The translations under genes were made by a program, and so were the position numbers. This document shows, in pieces, positions 45,276-54,364 of a DNA stretch of 64,000 nt. A model generated the notes under the pieces. The model was not told where the DNA came from and searched no databases. It saw only the letters and a list, made by a program, of their open reading frames with translations. Each line of letters opens with the position of its first letter. Positions within the stretch are counted from its first letter, which is position 1. The DNA comes from Minisyncoccota bacterium (GTDB lineage: Bacteria; Patescibacteriota; Minisyncoccia; Phycocordibacterales; UBA9973): positions 84,957-148,956 of the forward strand of contig JAGOSH010000001.1 in assembly GCA_018062425.1 (NCBI GenBank), given 5' to 3'.

Positions 45276-45833
45276 ATGGATAAAAAAGACGGAAAAAAGA
45301 ATAATCACAAAGCTTCCTTCGCAAGACCGAAGCCTGAGTTTGACCAAAAGATTGTAAGCATCCGACGTGTTACTCGTGTGGTTGCTGGTGGCCGACGATT
45401 TTCTTTTTCAGTAGCGCTCGTAGCCGGAGATAGAAAGGGTGGTGTGGGACTTGGCCTTGGTAAGGCAGGAGATACATCACTAGCTATCAACAAAGCCCTT
45501 CGTGATGCAAAGAAAAACATGATCAAGCTCAACTTGACTAAAACTCAATCCATTCCTCATGAAGTTTATGCTAAATACGGAAGTTCCAAGATTGTCATCA
45601 TGCCGAACAAAGGACGAGGATTGGTGGCAGGAACAGTTATCCGTGATATCCTAAAGCTAGCTGGAGTTCGTGATATAACCGCAAAGGTTTTGGGTGGTAC
45701 TAAGAACAAACTAAACAACTCCAAGGCAGTTATGGAAGCACTCAAGGAAGTAGCCACCAAGTACGAGAAAACAGTGAAGCCTTTGGGTGATGCACCTGCA
45801 AAGACTTTGGCTGAAAGTGAGGCTAGTAATTAA
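45276..45833 (+). CDS. rpsE: 30S ribosomal protein S5
   Basis: IRRVTRVVAGGRRFSF and GLGLGKAGD motifs. Confidence 0.95.
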   Translation: MDKKDGKKNNHKASFARPKPEFDQKIVSIRRVTRVVAGGRRFSFSVALVAGDRKGGVGLGLGKAGDTSLAINKALRDAKKNMIKLNLTKTQSIPHEVYAKYGSSKIVIMPNKGRGLVAGTVIRDILKLAGVRDITAKVLGGTKNKLNNSKAVMEALKEVATKYEKTVKPLGDAPAKTLAESEASN

Positions 45834-45844
45834 TTTTTCACGCT

Positions 45845-46138
45845 ATGCAAATCAACGAATTAAAAAGGAAACACAAGAATAAAAAAGACCGACTTATCGG
45901 TCGTGGGGGAAAGCACGCCAAGACTTCTGGTCGTGGTGGTAAAGGACAAACAGCTCGTGCTGGAAACAAGCGCCGACCGGAACTTCGCGATATAATTAAG
46001 AAACTACCAAAGTTGAGAGGTTACCGTTTTAACTCTAGGATTGGGGACAAGGTAGTAGAAGCCAAGCCCGAAGAGAAGTTCAGTGAAATTAGAAAGAGAA
46101 CTGGTATGAAGGGTGGCAAAATAGTCATCAAAAAGTAA
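45845..46138 (+). CDS. rplO: 50S ribosomal protein L15, unusually short (97 aa)
   Basis: GRGGKHAKTSGRGGKGQTARAG motif; stop overlaps the secY start. Confidence 0.8.
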   Translation: MQINELKRKHKNKKDRLIGRGGKHAKTSGRGGKGQTARAGNKRRPELRDIIKKLPKLRGYRFNSRIGDKVVEAKPEEKFSEIRKRTGMKGGKIVIKK

Positions 46139-47409
46139 TGCAAAATTTCTGGGGAAAAATTAAATTAATCTGGACCGATGTATCGCTCCGCAAGCGAGTT
46201 TTATTTGTACTCAGTTTTCTAATTATTTTTCGTCTTCTAGCCGCTATTCCAATACCAGGTATTGATACCGCTCAGTTGAATCGTTTCCTAACCAACAACC
46301 AATTTTTTGGCATATTAAATCTGTTCTCTGGTGGTGGTCTTTCTACACTTTCGATAATAATGCTCGGTGTTGGTCCATATATTACCAGCTCGATCATCAT
46401 GCAACTTCTGACTGTTATGGTTCCTTCCTTAAAGCGCATGTACCACGAAGAAGGTGAGCTTGGACGCAAGAAATTTACTCAATATTCCAGAATGATAACT
46501 GTGCCCCTAGCAGCTATTCAGGGCTACAGCTTGCTGATGATTTTAACAAACCAAGGTATCTTGGCTAACCTAACATCCTTTGAGCAGGTTACTAACCTCA
46601 TAATGATTATAGCTGGTTCAATATTGATCATGTGGCTCGGTGAACTTATGTCAGAGTTTGGTATTGGTAACGGAGTATCTATCATCATATTTGCTGGTAT
46701 CGTGGCTGCTTTGCCTTCACATGTCGCTCAACTCATATTTACTTTTGATGTTTCTCAAATCCCACTTTACATAGCTTTCGTCCTTGTAGGAATTTTGGTT
46801 ATAGCCGGGGTAGTAGTAGTGACCGAAGCCGAAAGACCAATACAGGTTACCTATGCCAAGCGTGTACGCGGTAACAAGATGTATGGAGGTGGTTCAACTT
46901 ATGTTCCACTTCGAGTGAACATGGCTGGTGTTATGCCAATCATCTTTGCGCTGTCTATTCTTCTTTTCCCAACCATGATCGGAAGTGCTCTTACTAACGC
47001 AAGCAACCCAACCATAGCCAAGATCGGTGCAGCTCTAGCAGGTTTTTCTCAAACTTCAGTCCTCTACGGAATTCTGTATTTTATTTTGGTGTTTGTGTTT
47101 ACTTATTTCTATACAGCTGTCACTTTCGATCCACAAGCCTTGTCAGAGAATTTACAGAAAAACGGAGCTTTCGTTCCAGGAATTCGCCCAGGTGCTTCAA
47201 CTGCTAGTTATATTTCAAAAGTTTTGACTCGAATAACTTTGCTCGGTGCAGTTTTCCTTGGATTTATTGCAGTGTTACCTATAATCATGCAAAGTGTTAC
47301 TGGTATTACTTCTCTAGCTTTAGGTGGTACAGCTCTCCTTATCGTAGTTTCTGTGGTACTTGATTTGATCAAAAAGATTGACGCTCAAGTCTCAATGCGA
47401 GAATACTAA
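46138..47409 (+). CDS. secY: preprotein translocase subunit SecY
   Basis: 10-TM architecture; GILNLFSGGGLS and GIGNGVSIIIFAGI motifs. Confidence 0.96.
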   Translation: MQNFWGKIKLIWTDVSLRKRVLFVLSFLIIFRLLAAIPIPGIDTAQLNRFLTNNQFFGILNLFSGGGLSTLSIIMLGVGPYITSSIIMQLLTVMVPSLKRMYHEEGELGRKKFTQYSRMITVPLAAIQGYSLLMILTNQGILANLTSFEQVTNLIMIIAGSILIMWLGELMSEFGIGNGVSIIIFAGIVAALPSHVAQLIFTFDVSQIPLYIAFVLVGILVIAGVVVVTEAERPIQVTYAKRVRGNKMYGGGSTYVPLRVNMAGVMPIIFALSILLFPTMIGSALTNASNPTIAKIGAALAGFSQTSVLYGILYFILVFVFTYFYTAVTFDPQALSENLQKNGAFVPGIRPGASTASYISKVLTRITLLGAVFLGFIAVLPIIMQSVTGITSLALGGTALLIVVSVVLDLIKKIDAQVSMREY

Positions 47410-47415
47410 AACTAT

Positions 47416-47480
47416 AAAAAACCATTAAATTTTTTGCTTACGTACCAAGGTATCCTCAGCAAAAAATTTAATGGTTTTTT
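47416..47480. terminator. bidirectional terminator, 22-bp perfect inverted repeat
   Basis: AAAAAACCATTAAATTTTTTGC at 47416-47437 pairs with 47459-47480. Confidence 0.8.
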
Positions 47481-47503
47481 TACGTCTAACTAGTCCTTTT
47501 TAT

Positions 47504-48106
47504 TTAGCCATTTTTTCTAAACTTTTCTATCTCTTTTAGAATGTCTTTGTGAACCTTAGCAATTGGCTGGTTGCCATTTATGACGCGCATGATGCCTAGT
47601 TTTTGATAGTACTTTACGGTTTTACCCACTTGGTCTTTGTGCCACTTTATCCTAGTTGCGATCAGCTTCTTTTCATCTAGAACTTTATAGATTTCACTCA
47701 CATTGCTAGCTTTGCGGGCGAATGACCGTTTGTAGACTTCTTTGTCTGCTAATTTGATATAGAAAGCCAGTAGCTTTTCTTTCTTTTCGTTCACTACTAA
47801 TTTTTTTATCAGCTGAGCTTCAGGTTTCAATCTGCCCCCTAGGAACAGGAGGTTTTTGTTTTTTGGTTGTTTTTTGATTTCTCTAACCAGGAATTGCTGA
47901 AGCAATACAGTAGGCAAGGGATGGCCTTTCCCGGTTGTTCGTCTGGCCCAGTCGCCGTTTTTACTTTTTTCTTTGAGTAGTTTTCTGCTATACACCCCAG
48001 TCTCTACTAGTTGTAGGGGGAATTTCTTGGTCAATAGAGCGGTCTGGGTATCTTTGCCAGAAGCTATCATGCCCAGTAGAACGATGTTGAAATCAAGTTT
48101 TTTCAT
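47504..48106 (-). CDS. adenylate-kinase-like nucleoside monophosphate kinase paralog
   Basis: P-loop LLGMIASGKDTQ; AK-family length; divergent from adk. Confidence 0.55.
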   Translation of the reverse strand: MKKLDFNIVLLGMIASGKDTQTALLTKKFPLQLVETGVYSRKLLKEKSKNGDWARRTTGKGHPLPTVLLQQFLVREIKKQPKNKNLLFLGGRLKPEAQLIKKLVVNEKKEKLLAFYIKLADKEVYKRSFARKASNVSEIYKVLDEKKLIATRIKWHKDQVGKTVKYYQKLGIMRVINGNQPIAKVHKDILKEIEKFRKNG

Positions 48107-48190
48107 GCCTAATTAAAGCATATTTTTTAAAAATTTACACCCAAAAGGCAATTTGATTTTAAGGCCTAAATCCTGTATTGTAGAGAGCGT

Positions 48191-48787
48191 ATGGATAAAA
48201 CTAAAACGTTTATATTCTTTGGAATTGCTGGGGCCGGAAAGGGCACCCAGATGGAACTTCTACAGAATTATATAACCAAATTAGATGGCAAAGAGTTCGT
48301 CTATGCTGGAACTGGGGCGGGCTTCAGAAAGCTTGTAGGGAGTGGTCTACATGTTTCCAAACTTATTCAAACTACACTAGACGAAGGCAGACTGATGCCT
48401 GATTTTTTTGCTACCTCAATAGTATCTGATATTTTGATAAACGAGCTTGATGAAAACAAACATTTGATTTTGGATGGTTATCCTCGAACCCTAAGGCAGG
48501 CAAATGAGTTCATAGACATGATGAGTTTCTTTGTCCGGGGAGAAGTTGATGTAATTTATATAGAAATCAGTAAAGAAGAATCGCTCAAACGCAATTTGCT
48601 ACGCGGTCGCAGTGACGATACAGAAGAAGGCCTCAGCAAGCGTTATGATGAATACGTGGCGAACGTCCTGCCTACAATCGAATACATGGAAAAACAAAAA
48701 GGTTATACCTTTCACAAGGTTAACGGTGAGCATCCCATAGAAGAAGTTCATCAAGCTATTATTAGTTCGCTAAACATAAAGTCATAA
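48191..48787 (+). CDS. adk: adenylate kinase
   Basis: FFGIAGAGKGTQ P-loop, LILDGYPRT motif; position after secY. Confidence 0.88.
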   Translation: MDKTKTFIFFGIAGAGKGTQMELLQNYITKLDGKEFVYAGTGAGFRKLVGSGLHVSKLIQTTLDEGRLMPDFFATSIVSDILINELDENKHLILDGYPRTLRQANEFIDMMSFFVRGEVDVIYIEISKEESLKRNLLRGRSDDTEEGLSKRYDEYVANVLPTIEYMEKQKGYTFHKVNGEHPIEEVHQAIISSLNIKS

Positions 48788-48789
48788 AA

Positions 48790-49473
48790 ATGAATTCAGA
48801 AAAAGTTGTGATATCGTTGGGTGGGTCGTTGATTGTTCCAGAAAAAGTCGATACTAACTTTCTAAAAGACTTCAAGGAATTAATTCTAGCTGAAGTAGAC
48901 AATGGTAAAGAATTCATAATCGTGTGTGGTGGAGGGAACACTAATCGTCTGTACAACAAAGCAGCACAGGAAATAGCTAGTCCGTCGACAGAGGATTTAG
49001 ATTGGATTGGTATCGCTACCATAATGCTAAACGCAGAGTTCTTGCGAGTAGTTTTCGGGGATAAGGCCTATGAGAAGGCTATACCTGACTTGCTCAAAAT
49101 ACCCACAACAGACAAACCAATAATCATCGGAGGCGCGCTTGAGCCAGGACACAGCTCAGATTTAGATACAGTACAGGCTGCTAGATCAACTGGTGTTAAA
49201 ACCATCATTAACCTATCCAACACTGACTACGTTTATGACAGCGACCCTAGGACGAATCCGGACGCTAAAAAAATAGAGAAGATATCCTGGGCTGAATACA
49301 GAAAGTTGATTCCAAAAGAATGGACAGCAAAATTGAATTCACCTTTTGATCCAATTGCTTCCGAAATAGCCGAAAGGGAAGGCATAACCGTAGTAACTAT
49401 GAACGGCAAAAATATCGAAAATCTAAAGAAATGTTTACGTGGAGAAGAATTTGTCGGGACCAAGATTTACTAA
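48790..49473 (+). CDS. amino-acid-kinase-fold UMP kinase, archaeal-type PyrH-like
   Basis: VVISLGGSLIV, IIVCGGGNTNR and GHSSDLD motifs. Confidence 0.65.
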   Translation: MNSEKVVISLGGSLIVPEKVDTNFLKDFKELILAEVDNGKEFIIVCGGGNTNRLYNKAAQEIASPSTEDLDWIGIATIMLNAEFLRVVFGDKAYEKAIPDLLKIPTTDKPIIIGGALEPGHSSDLDTVQAARSTGVKTIINLSNTDYVYDSDPRTNPDAKKIEKISWAEYRKLIPKEWTAKLNSPFDPIASEIAEREGITVVTMNGKNIENLKKCLRGEEFVGTKIY

Positions 49474-49486
49474 GACGATAATCAAG

Positions 49487-50260
49487 ATGCGAGGAATCAT
49501 AATTAAAAGTCAAAAAGAAATAGAGAATCTGCGTGTAGCTGGTAAACACTTGGCGCAAGTTTTACAAAAAGTAAAAGCTAAGGTAGTCCCGGGAGTTTCC
49601 ACCAAAGAGCTCGACGCCTATGCAGAAAAACTAATTCGCGAACTGGGAGACGTGCCAGCTTTTTTAAACTACAAACCTGAAGGTGCAGTGAGTCCTTTTC
49701 CGGCTACACTATGCGTATCGGTGAATGACGAAGTAGTACACGGCATACCTAAAGCAAATCGTATCCTAAAAGAAGGGGATATAATCTCGATTGATCTTGG
49801 GCTCAAGCACGAAGGAGTCTTCACTGATCATGCAATGACTGTGCCAGTGGGCAAGGTGAGCGAACCGTTAAAAAAATTGCTCGAAGTTACTGAAAAAGCC
49901 ATGCTGGCAGGTATAGCAGCAGCGCAGGCTGGATACTATACCGGAGACATTGGTGCTGCGGTGGAAGGTTTTGTAAAGCCATATAAATACGGAATAGTAG
50001 AAGTCTTGGCTGGTCACGGAGTGGGTAGGTATATTCACGAAGATCCGTATATCCCAAATTTCGGTAAACCAGGAACCGGTGCCAAACTTGTGCCAGGTAT
50101 GGTCATAGCCATCGAGCCGATGTTAAACCTAGGCACCAAAAATGTTGTCATTGACGATGACGATTGGACTTTCAAAACCGCAGATGGAAAACTCAGCGCT
50201 CATTTTGAACACACAGTACTCATAACCGAAAACGGTCCAGAGATTTTAACCTTACCTTAG
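49487..50260 (+). CDS. map: type I methionine aminopeptidase (track ORF starts at 49439)
   Basis: VHGIP, DLG..H.G.F.D, IEPM and EHTVLIT metal-site motifs. Confidence 0.93.
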   Translation: MRGIIIKSQKEIENLRVAGKHLAQVLQKVKAKVVPGVSTKELDAYAEKLIRELGDVPAFLNYKPEGAVSPFPATLCVSVNDEVVHGIPKANRILKEGDIISIDLGLKHEGVFTDHAMTVPVGKVSEPLKKLLEVTEKAMLAGIAAAQAGYYTGDIGAAVEGFVKPYKYGIVEVLAGHGVGRYIHEDPYIPNFGKPGTGAKLVPGMVIAIEPMLNLGTKNVVIDDDDWTFKTADGKLSAHFEHTVLITENGPEILTLP

Positions 50261-50294
50261 TTCACTTAAACTTTTTTGATGTATAATAGGTAGA

Positions 50295-53072
50295 ATGGAT
50301 TCGTTTTCTTTTAAAGGAATGCCAAAATTTAAAACTCCAGAAGAGGAGTTGGCTTTTTTGCGTGCACACGTAGCTGAAAAGGAGCAGGCTCTCATTGATA
50401 AGGGCCACTTTGAAAGTGCTAAAGAAAACGCAATTACCAGCACTATTTTAGAATACAAAAATGTGCCAGCGCAAGAAGCAGTCCACAAAGACAACCTGAT
50501 CCAAGAAAAAGAACAAGAAGGAATCGTACTAAAGTTAAAACCCGAGACCCATGATACTGTCATGGAAGAACTTTTGGGATTGCTTATAACAAAAGGCATC
50601 AGGAATGCTCTGGCTATTGTGGAATCAATGAATAATCCCCACGTAGACGATGACTTCCATAGGATACTTATTCAATATCTAAAAACTGGCCAATTGGCTG
50701 GTCTGCTCAAAGAAGGTACACCACTTTGGAAGTCACTAAACATGACACTTTTCGAAGTCACCTTACCACCACCGCACGACGAAGCCAGTAAATCAAAAGG
50801 ATTCAAAGAATTTATCGGAGCAATGGAGCAATTCTATGCTGGTATGCATTCGATCTCGGATGAGCCTAGAAATCTAAAAGAGAATTACTTTACACTAGAA
50901 ATTGCGCTATCGAGTTCTTCTGACGAGGTTATCATCTACGCGGCTGTTCCCAACAAACATTTGGCGTTGTTCGAGAAACAAGTTTTGGCTTTTTACCAAG
51001 ACGCTAAGGTTGTGGAGTCGACTAACGACTACAACATCTTCAACGATAACGGAGCGTCTGCTGGAGCGTATGGGGCCTTTGTTGAAAATTCTATTTTACC
51101 GATAAAGACATACGACAGCATCGACCACGATCCGATGAATACTATTTTGAATGTCTTCTCGAAACTAAAGACCAAGGGTGAGGGCGCGGCTATTCAGCTA
51201 GTTGTAGCACCAGCTGGAAATAAATTTATTCACGATTTCACCGAAATACTTCGTGATGTAAAAAAAGGTGATTCTATAAAACACGCTTCAAATAATTTTT
51301 ATAAGTTCCATTATGCTCTGTTCAATGCCGGGAAAGAGTTTTTTATGGACTCTAATAAGAAAGGTGAAGATGCTCCGATGCCAGGCAGGAGAACCGTGGA
51401 TGAAGGCGCGGCCGAGAAGATTTCTAATAAAATGAAAGCCAGCATCATGAAAGCAAATTTACGCGTCATTGCCTCTGCTGACACCAAAGAACGGGCAGAC
51501 GGAATACTAGCAGAAATAGAATCATCTTTTAACCAGTTCAACGAGCCAGCCAGCAATTCTTTTGTTTTTGAAAAGTTAAAGGGTAGTGATTTGAAGAAAC
51601 TTTTCCATGAATATTCTTATCGTGCTTTTAACGCAGATAAAACTTTGCCGATGAACTTAAAGGAGTTGGCCTCGGTTTTCCATTTCCCAGTAGGTATCGG
51701 CAGTCAACCAGCACTCAAGGAAGCCAAGGCTGGTATGGCGCCAGCACCTGTTGAATTGAGTGTTTTGGGTAGTAGTGACGGAATTATTTTGGGAGTGAAT
51801 GAATACCGTGGCAAAGAAACTACCATTCGAATGACCAAAGAAGACAGAATGCGACACATGTATGTTATCGGTCAGACTGGTACTGGTAAAACCACAATCC
51901 TAAAAAACATGATTTACCAAGATATCCAAAATGGTGATGGATGTTGTTTCATTGACCCGCACGGTACTGACATTCAGGATATACTTTCCTATGTTCCGAA
52001 AGAGCGCATAGATGACGTTATCTATTTCGACCCGGCATATACTGCGCGTCCGATGGGGCTTAATATGTTGGAGTACGATCCGAATTATCCAGAACAGAAA
52101 ACCTTTGTGGTGAACGAACTTATGGGTATATTCAACAAACTCTTCGACATGAAGGTGGGTGGTGGTGCTATGTTCGAACAGTACTTCCGAAACAGTGCTT
52201 TCCTGGTGATGGAAGACCCAGAATCCGGTTCTACTATGCTCGAGATTACTCGGGTATTGGCAGACAAAAAGTTCCGTGACATGAAACTGGCCAAGTGTAA
52301 GAACCCTATCATCAAGCAATTCTGGATTTCGGCGGAGGAGACTACAGGGGACCAGTCGTTGGCTAACTTCGTGCCGTATATTTCTTCTAAATTCGATAAC
52401 TTCATTTCCAACGATATTATGCGTCCGGTGGTTCTGCAACAAAATTCTGTGTTCAACTTCAGAAAAATAATGGATGAGAAGAAAATCCTTCTAGTGAATT
52501 TGTCCAAAGGAAGGCTGGGGGACATCAACGCGAATTTGATTGGTCTCGTGCTGGTTGGTAAAATCCAGATGGCGGCACTTTCTCGGGTGGATATGTTCGG
52601 AAAACCGATGAATGATTTCTATCTTTACATCGATGAATTCCAGAACGTCACCACAGACTCTATTGCGTCTATTTTATCTGAAGCTCGTAAATACAGACTT
52701 TCGCTTACTATTGCTCACCAATACATTTCTCAGCTCGAGGAAAGTATCAAGAATGCTGTTTTTGGTAACGTCGGTTCAATGGCTATATATCGTATTTCCA
52801 CCGAGGATGCCAACTTTGTCGAGCCTAAATTCAAACCTACTTTTTCCGCTAATGACATTACCAAGCTCGACAACTTTAATTCATATGTGAGTATGTTGGT
52901 CGGAGGACAGCCAGTGAAGCCTTTCTCCATGACTTCACACTGGAGTTTGGTAGCAAAAGGGAACAAAGAAGTCGTTGATGCCCTCAAAGAGCTATCTTAC
53001 ATGAAGTATGGCCGCCCACGTGAAGAAGTGGAGGAGGAAATAATGGGTAGATTTAACTCTTCGATGCAGTAG
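50295..53072 (+). CDS. VirD4/TraG/TraD-like (type IV coupling protein family) P-loop NTPase with a large novel N-terminal domain
   Basis: GQTGTGKTT Walker A, CCFIDPHG, YLYIDEFQN Walker B, ARKYRLSLTIAHQYISQL; no TM segment seen. Confidence 0.6.
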   Translation: MDSFSFKGMPKFKTPEEELAFLRAHVAEKEQALIDKGHFESAKENAITSTILEYKNVPAQEAVHKDNLIQEKEQEGIVLKLKPETHDTVMEELLGLLITKGIRNALAIVESMNNPHVDDDFHRILIQYLKTGQLAGLLKEGTPLWKSLNMTLFEVTLPPPHDEASKSKGFKEFIGAMEQFYAGMHSISDEPRNLKENYFTLEIALSSSSDEVIIYAAVPNKHLALFEKQVLAFYQDAKVVESTNDYNIFNDNGASAGAYGAFVENSILPIKTYDSIDHDPMNTILNVFSKLKTKGEGAAIQLVVAPAGNKFIHDFTEILRDVKKGDSIKHASNNFYKFHYALFNAGKEFFMDSNKKGEDAPMPGRRTVDEGAAEKISNKMKASIMKANLRVIASADTKERADGILAEIESSFNQFNEPASNSFVFEKLKGSDLKKLFHEYSYRAFNADKTLPMNLKELASVFHFPVGIGSQPALKEAKAGMAPAPVELSVLGSSDGIILGVNEYRGKETTIRMTKEDRMRHMYVIGQTGTGKTTILKNMIYQDIQNGDGCCFIDPHGTDIQDILSYVPKERIDDVIYFDPAYTARPMGLNMLEYDPNYPEQKTFVVNELMGIFNKLFDMKVGGGAMFEQYFRNSAFLVMEDPESGSTMLEITRVLADKKFRDMKLAKCKNPIIKQFWISAEETTGDQSLANFVPYISSKFDNFISNDIMRPVVLQQNSVFNFRKIMDEKKILLVNLSKGRLGDINANLIGLVLVGKIQMAALSRVDMFGKPMNDFYLYIDEFQNVTTDSIASILSEARKYRLSLTIAHQYISQLEESIKNAVFGNVGSMAIYRISTEDANFVEPKFKPTFSANDITKLDNFNSYVSMLVGGQPVKPFSMTSHWSLVAKGNKEVVDALKELSYMKYGRPREEVEEEIMGRFNSSMQ

Positions 53073-53137
53073 GTCTTTATTTGAATAATCACAGCATATC
53101 TGCTAAGATAGCGGTATTATTAACTATTTTTAAAGTT

Positions 53138-53653
53138 ATGCAGTTAGAACGTACACTTATTGTTTTTAAACCAGATGCTGTGTCTCGTGGGGTTGTTGGA
53201 GAAATTTTGGCTCGTTTTGAAAAAGTCGGGCTTAAAATTATTGGATCAAAAATGTTGAAACCAGATTATGATCACTTCTTTCATCACTACGAAAACATTG
53301 GCAAAGTTATATCTCGTCGCGGTCAGAAAGTTTTTGATATAACACTTGAAATGATGACCGCTGGTCCTGTTATTGCTTTTGTGCTTGAAGGTATTGAAGC
53401 AGCAGCTCTTGTACGCAAGATGGTTGGTGCCACTGAACCAAAGTCTGCATTGCCAGGGACTATTCGTGGAGATTATTCACACATTAGTTACGGTTATGCA
53501 GATCAAAACGAGGTAGGTATACCTAATTTGATTCACGCGTCTGGTGATGCAGAAGAGGCGAAACAAGAAATCGCTCACTGGTTCTCAGAAAATGAATTAT
53601 TTGATTACGAAACAGTGCACGAGAAGTTTACTCAAGTAAAAAAGAGAAACTAG
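53138..53653 (+). CDS. ndk: nucleoside diphosphate kinase (track ORF starts at TTG 53081)
   Basis: ERTLIVFKPDAV, GATEP..A.PGTIRGD and NLIHAS motifs. Confidence 0.92.
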   Translation: MQLERTLIVFKPDAVSRGVVGEILARFEKVGLKIIGSKMLKPDYDHFFHHYENIGKVISRRGQKVFDITLEMMTAGPVIAFVLEGIEAAALVRKMVGATEPKSALPGTIRGDYSHISYGYADQNEVGIPNLIHASGDAEEAKQEIAHWFSENELFDYETVHEKFTQVKKRN

Positions 53654-53740
53654 TTTCCTGTTGTCAACTTGTTTTTTAAATATTTTGTGTTTTTTTGAAA
53701 AATTTTCTTGCAAAATTTTTTACAGGATGTAATATGAAAG

Positions 53741-53908
53741 TAGGGTTATTTCAAATTATTACCTAGAACACTAATCTTCGGGAGGTTCGATCGGATGTGA
53801 CCTTGGTCACACACGTCTACCACCCACTTAGCTTAAAACGCTATGGTAATAAGTTAGAGATAGCCCTAAGAAGCAACCACCCATAGATAAATTCAGGGTG
53901 GTTTTTTC
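53741..53908 (+). ncRNA. stand-alone structured RNA, 6S-RNA-like architecture (unclassified)
   Basis: Promoter TTGCAA 53708-53713 -16- TAATAT 53730-53735; about 22-bp closing helix 53741-53766/53841-53868; central bubble; apical helix GTGACC/GGTCAC; terminator AACCACCC/GGGTGGTT plus T-run at 53875-53908. Confidence 0.45.
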
Positions 53909-53944
53909 TTTTGTGCCATTTATTTTAAATGATATAATTTTAAT

Positions 53945-54364
53945 ATGGACAAGAGGAAGCTTTTCAATCGGCAAGCATTACTGGTGGCAATCATTGCTCT
54001 TGTTAATTATGGCGCTATCAAGTTCCATTGGTACTATTCATTGTGGTGGTTTGATATGCCGATGCACTTTTTGGGTGGTATGTGGGTAGCCATGTTGTTA
54101 GCTTGGTATTTATCAGATGACCGGTTTTCAACTGATTCAGTAGGGCGGGTTATATTAGGTGCTTTTATAGTAGGTTTGTCTTGGGAAGTTTTCGAACTTT
54201 TGCTAAATGAGCAATTTGTACAGAACGCCTATGACCTGCCGGATACATTATCAGATATTTTCTTTGACCTCTCGGGAGCATTTACGGCAGTATTTTACGT
54301 AGCTTTACGTATTATGAATATTCCGGAAAGTGGGTTAAAATTCTACAATGCAGAAAAAAGTTAA
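53945..54364 (+). CDS. small polytopic membrane protein
   Basis: 4 hydrophobic segments; TGaTATAAT lies 6 nt before the ATG. Confidence 0.55.
   Translation: MDKRKLFNRQALLVAIIALVNYGAIKFHWYYSLWWFDMPMHFLGGMWVAMLLAWYLSDDRFSTDSVGRVILGAFIVGLSWEVFELLLNEQFVQNAYDLPDTLSDIFFDLSGAFTAVFYVALRIMNIPESGLKFYNAEKS

Noticed and set aside
45845-46138. Short L15 as a pseudogene.
   Set aside because: The ORF is intact, keeps the conserved N-terminal motif, and is translationally coupled to secY. I interpret it as a genuinely reduced protein.
53741-53908. Riboswitch interpretation of the structured RNA, suggested by the GAGGTTC preQ1-like fragment and the duplicated ACCACCC that could switch a terminator.
   Set aside because: I could not recognise any known aptamer consensus. 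The downstream gene also has its own TGaTATAAT leaderless promoter after the terminator. The interpretation remains possible; an Rfam scan would decide.
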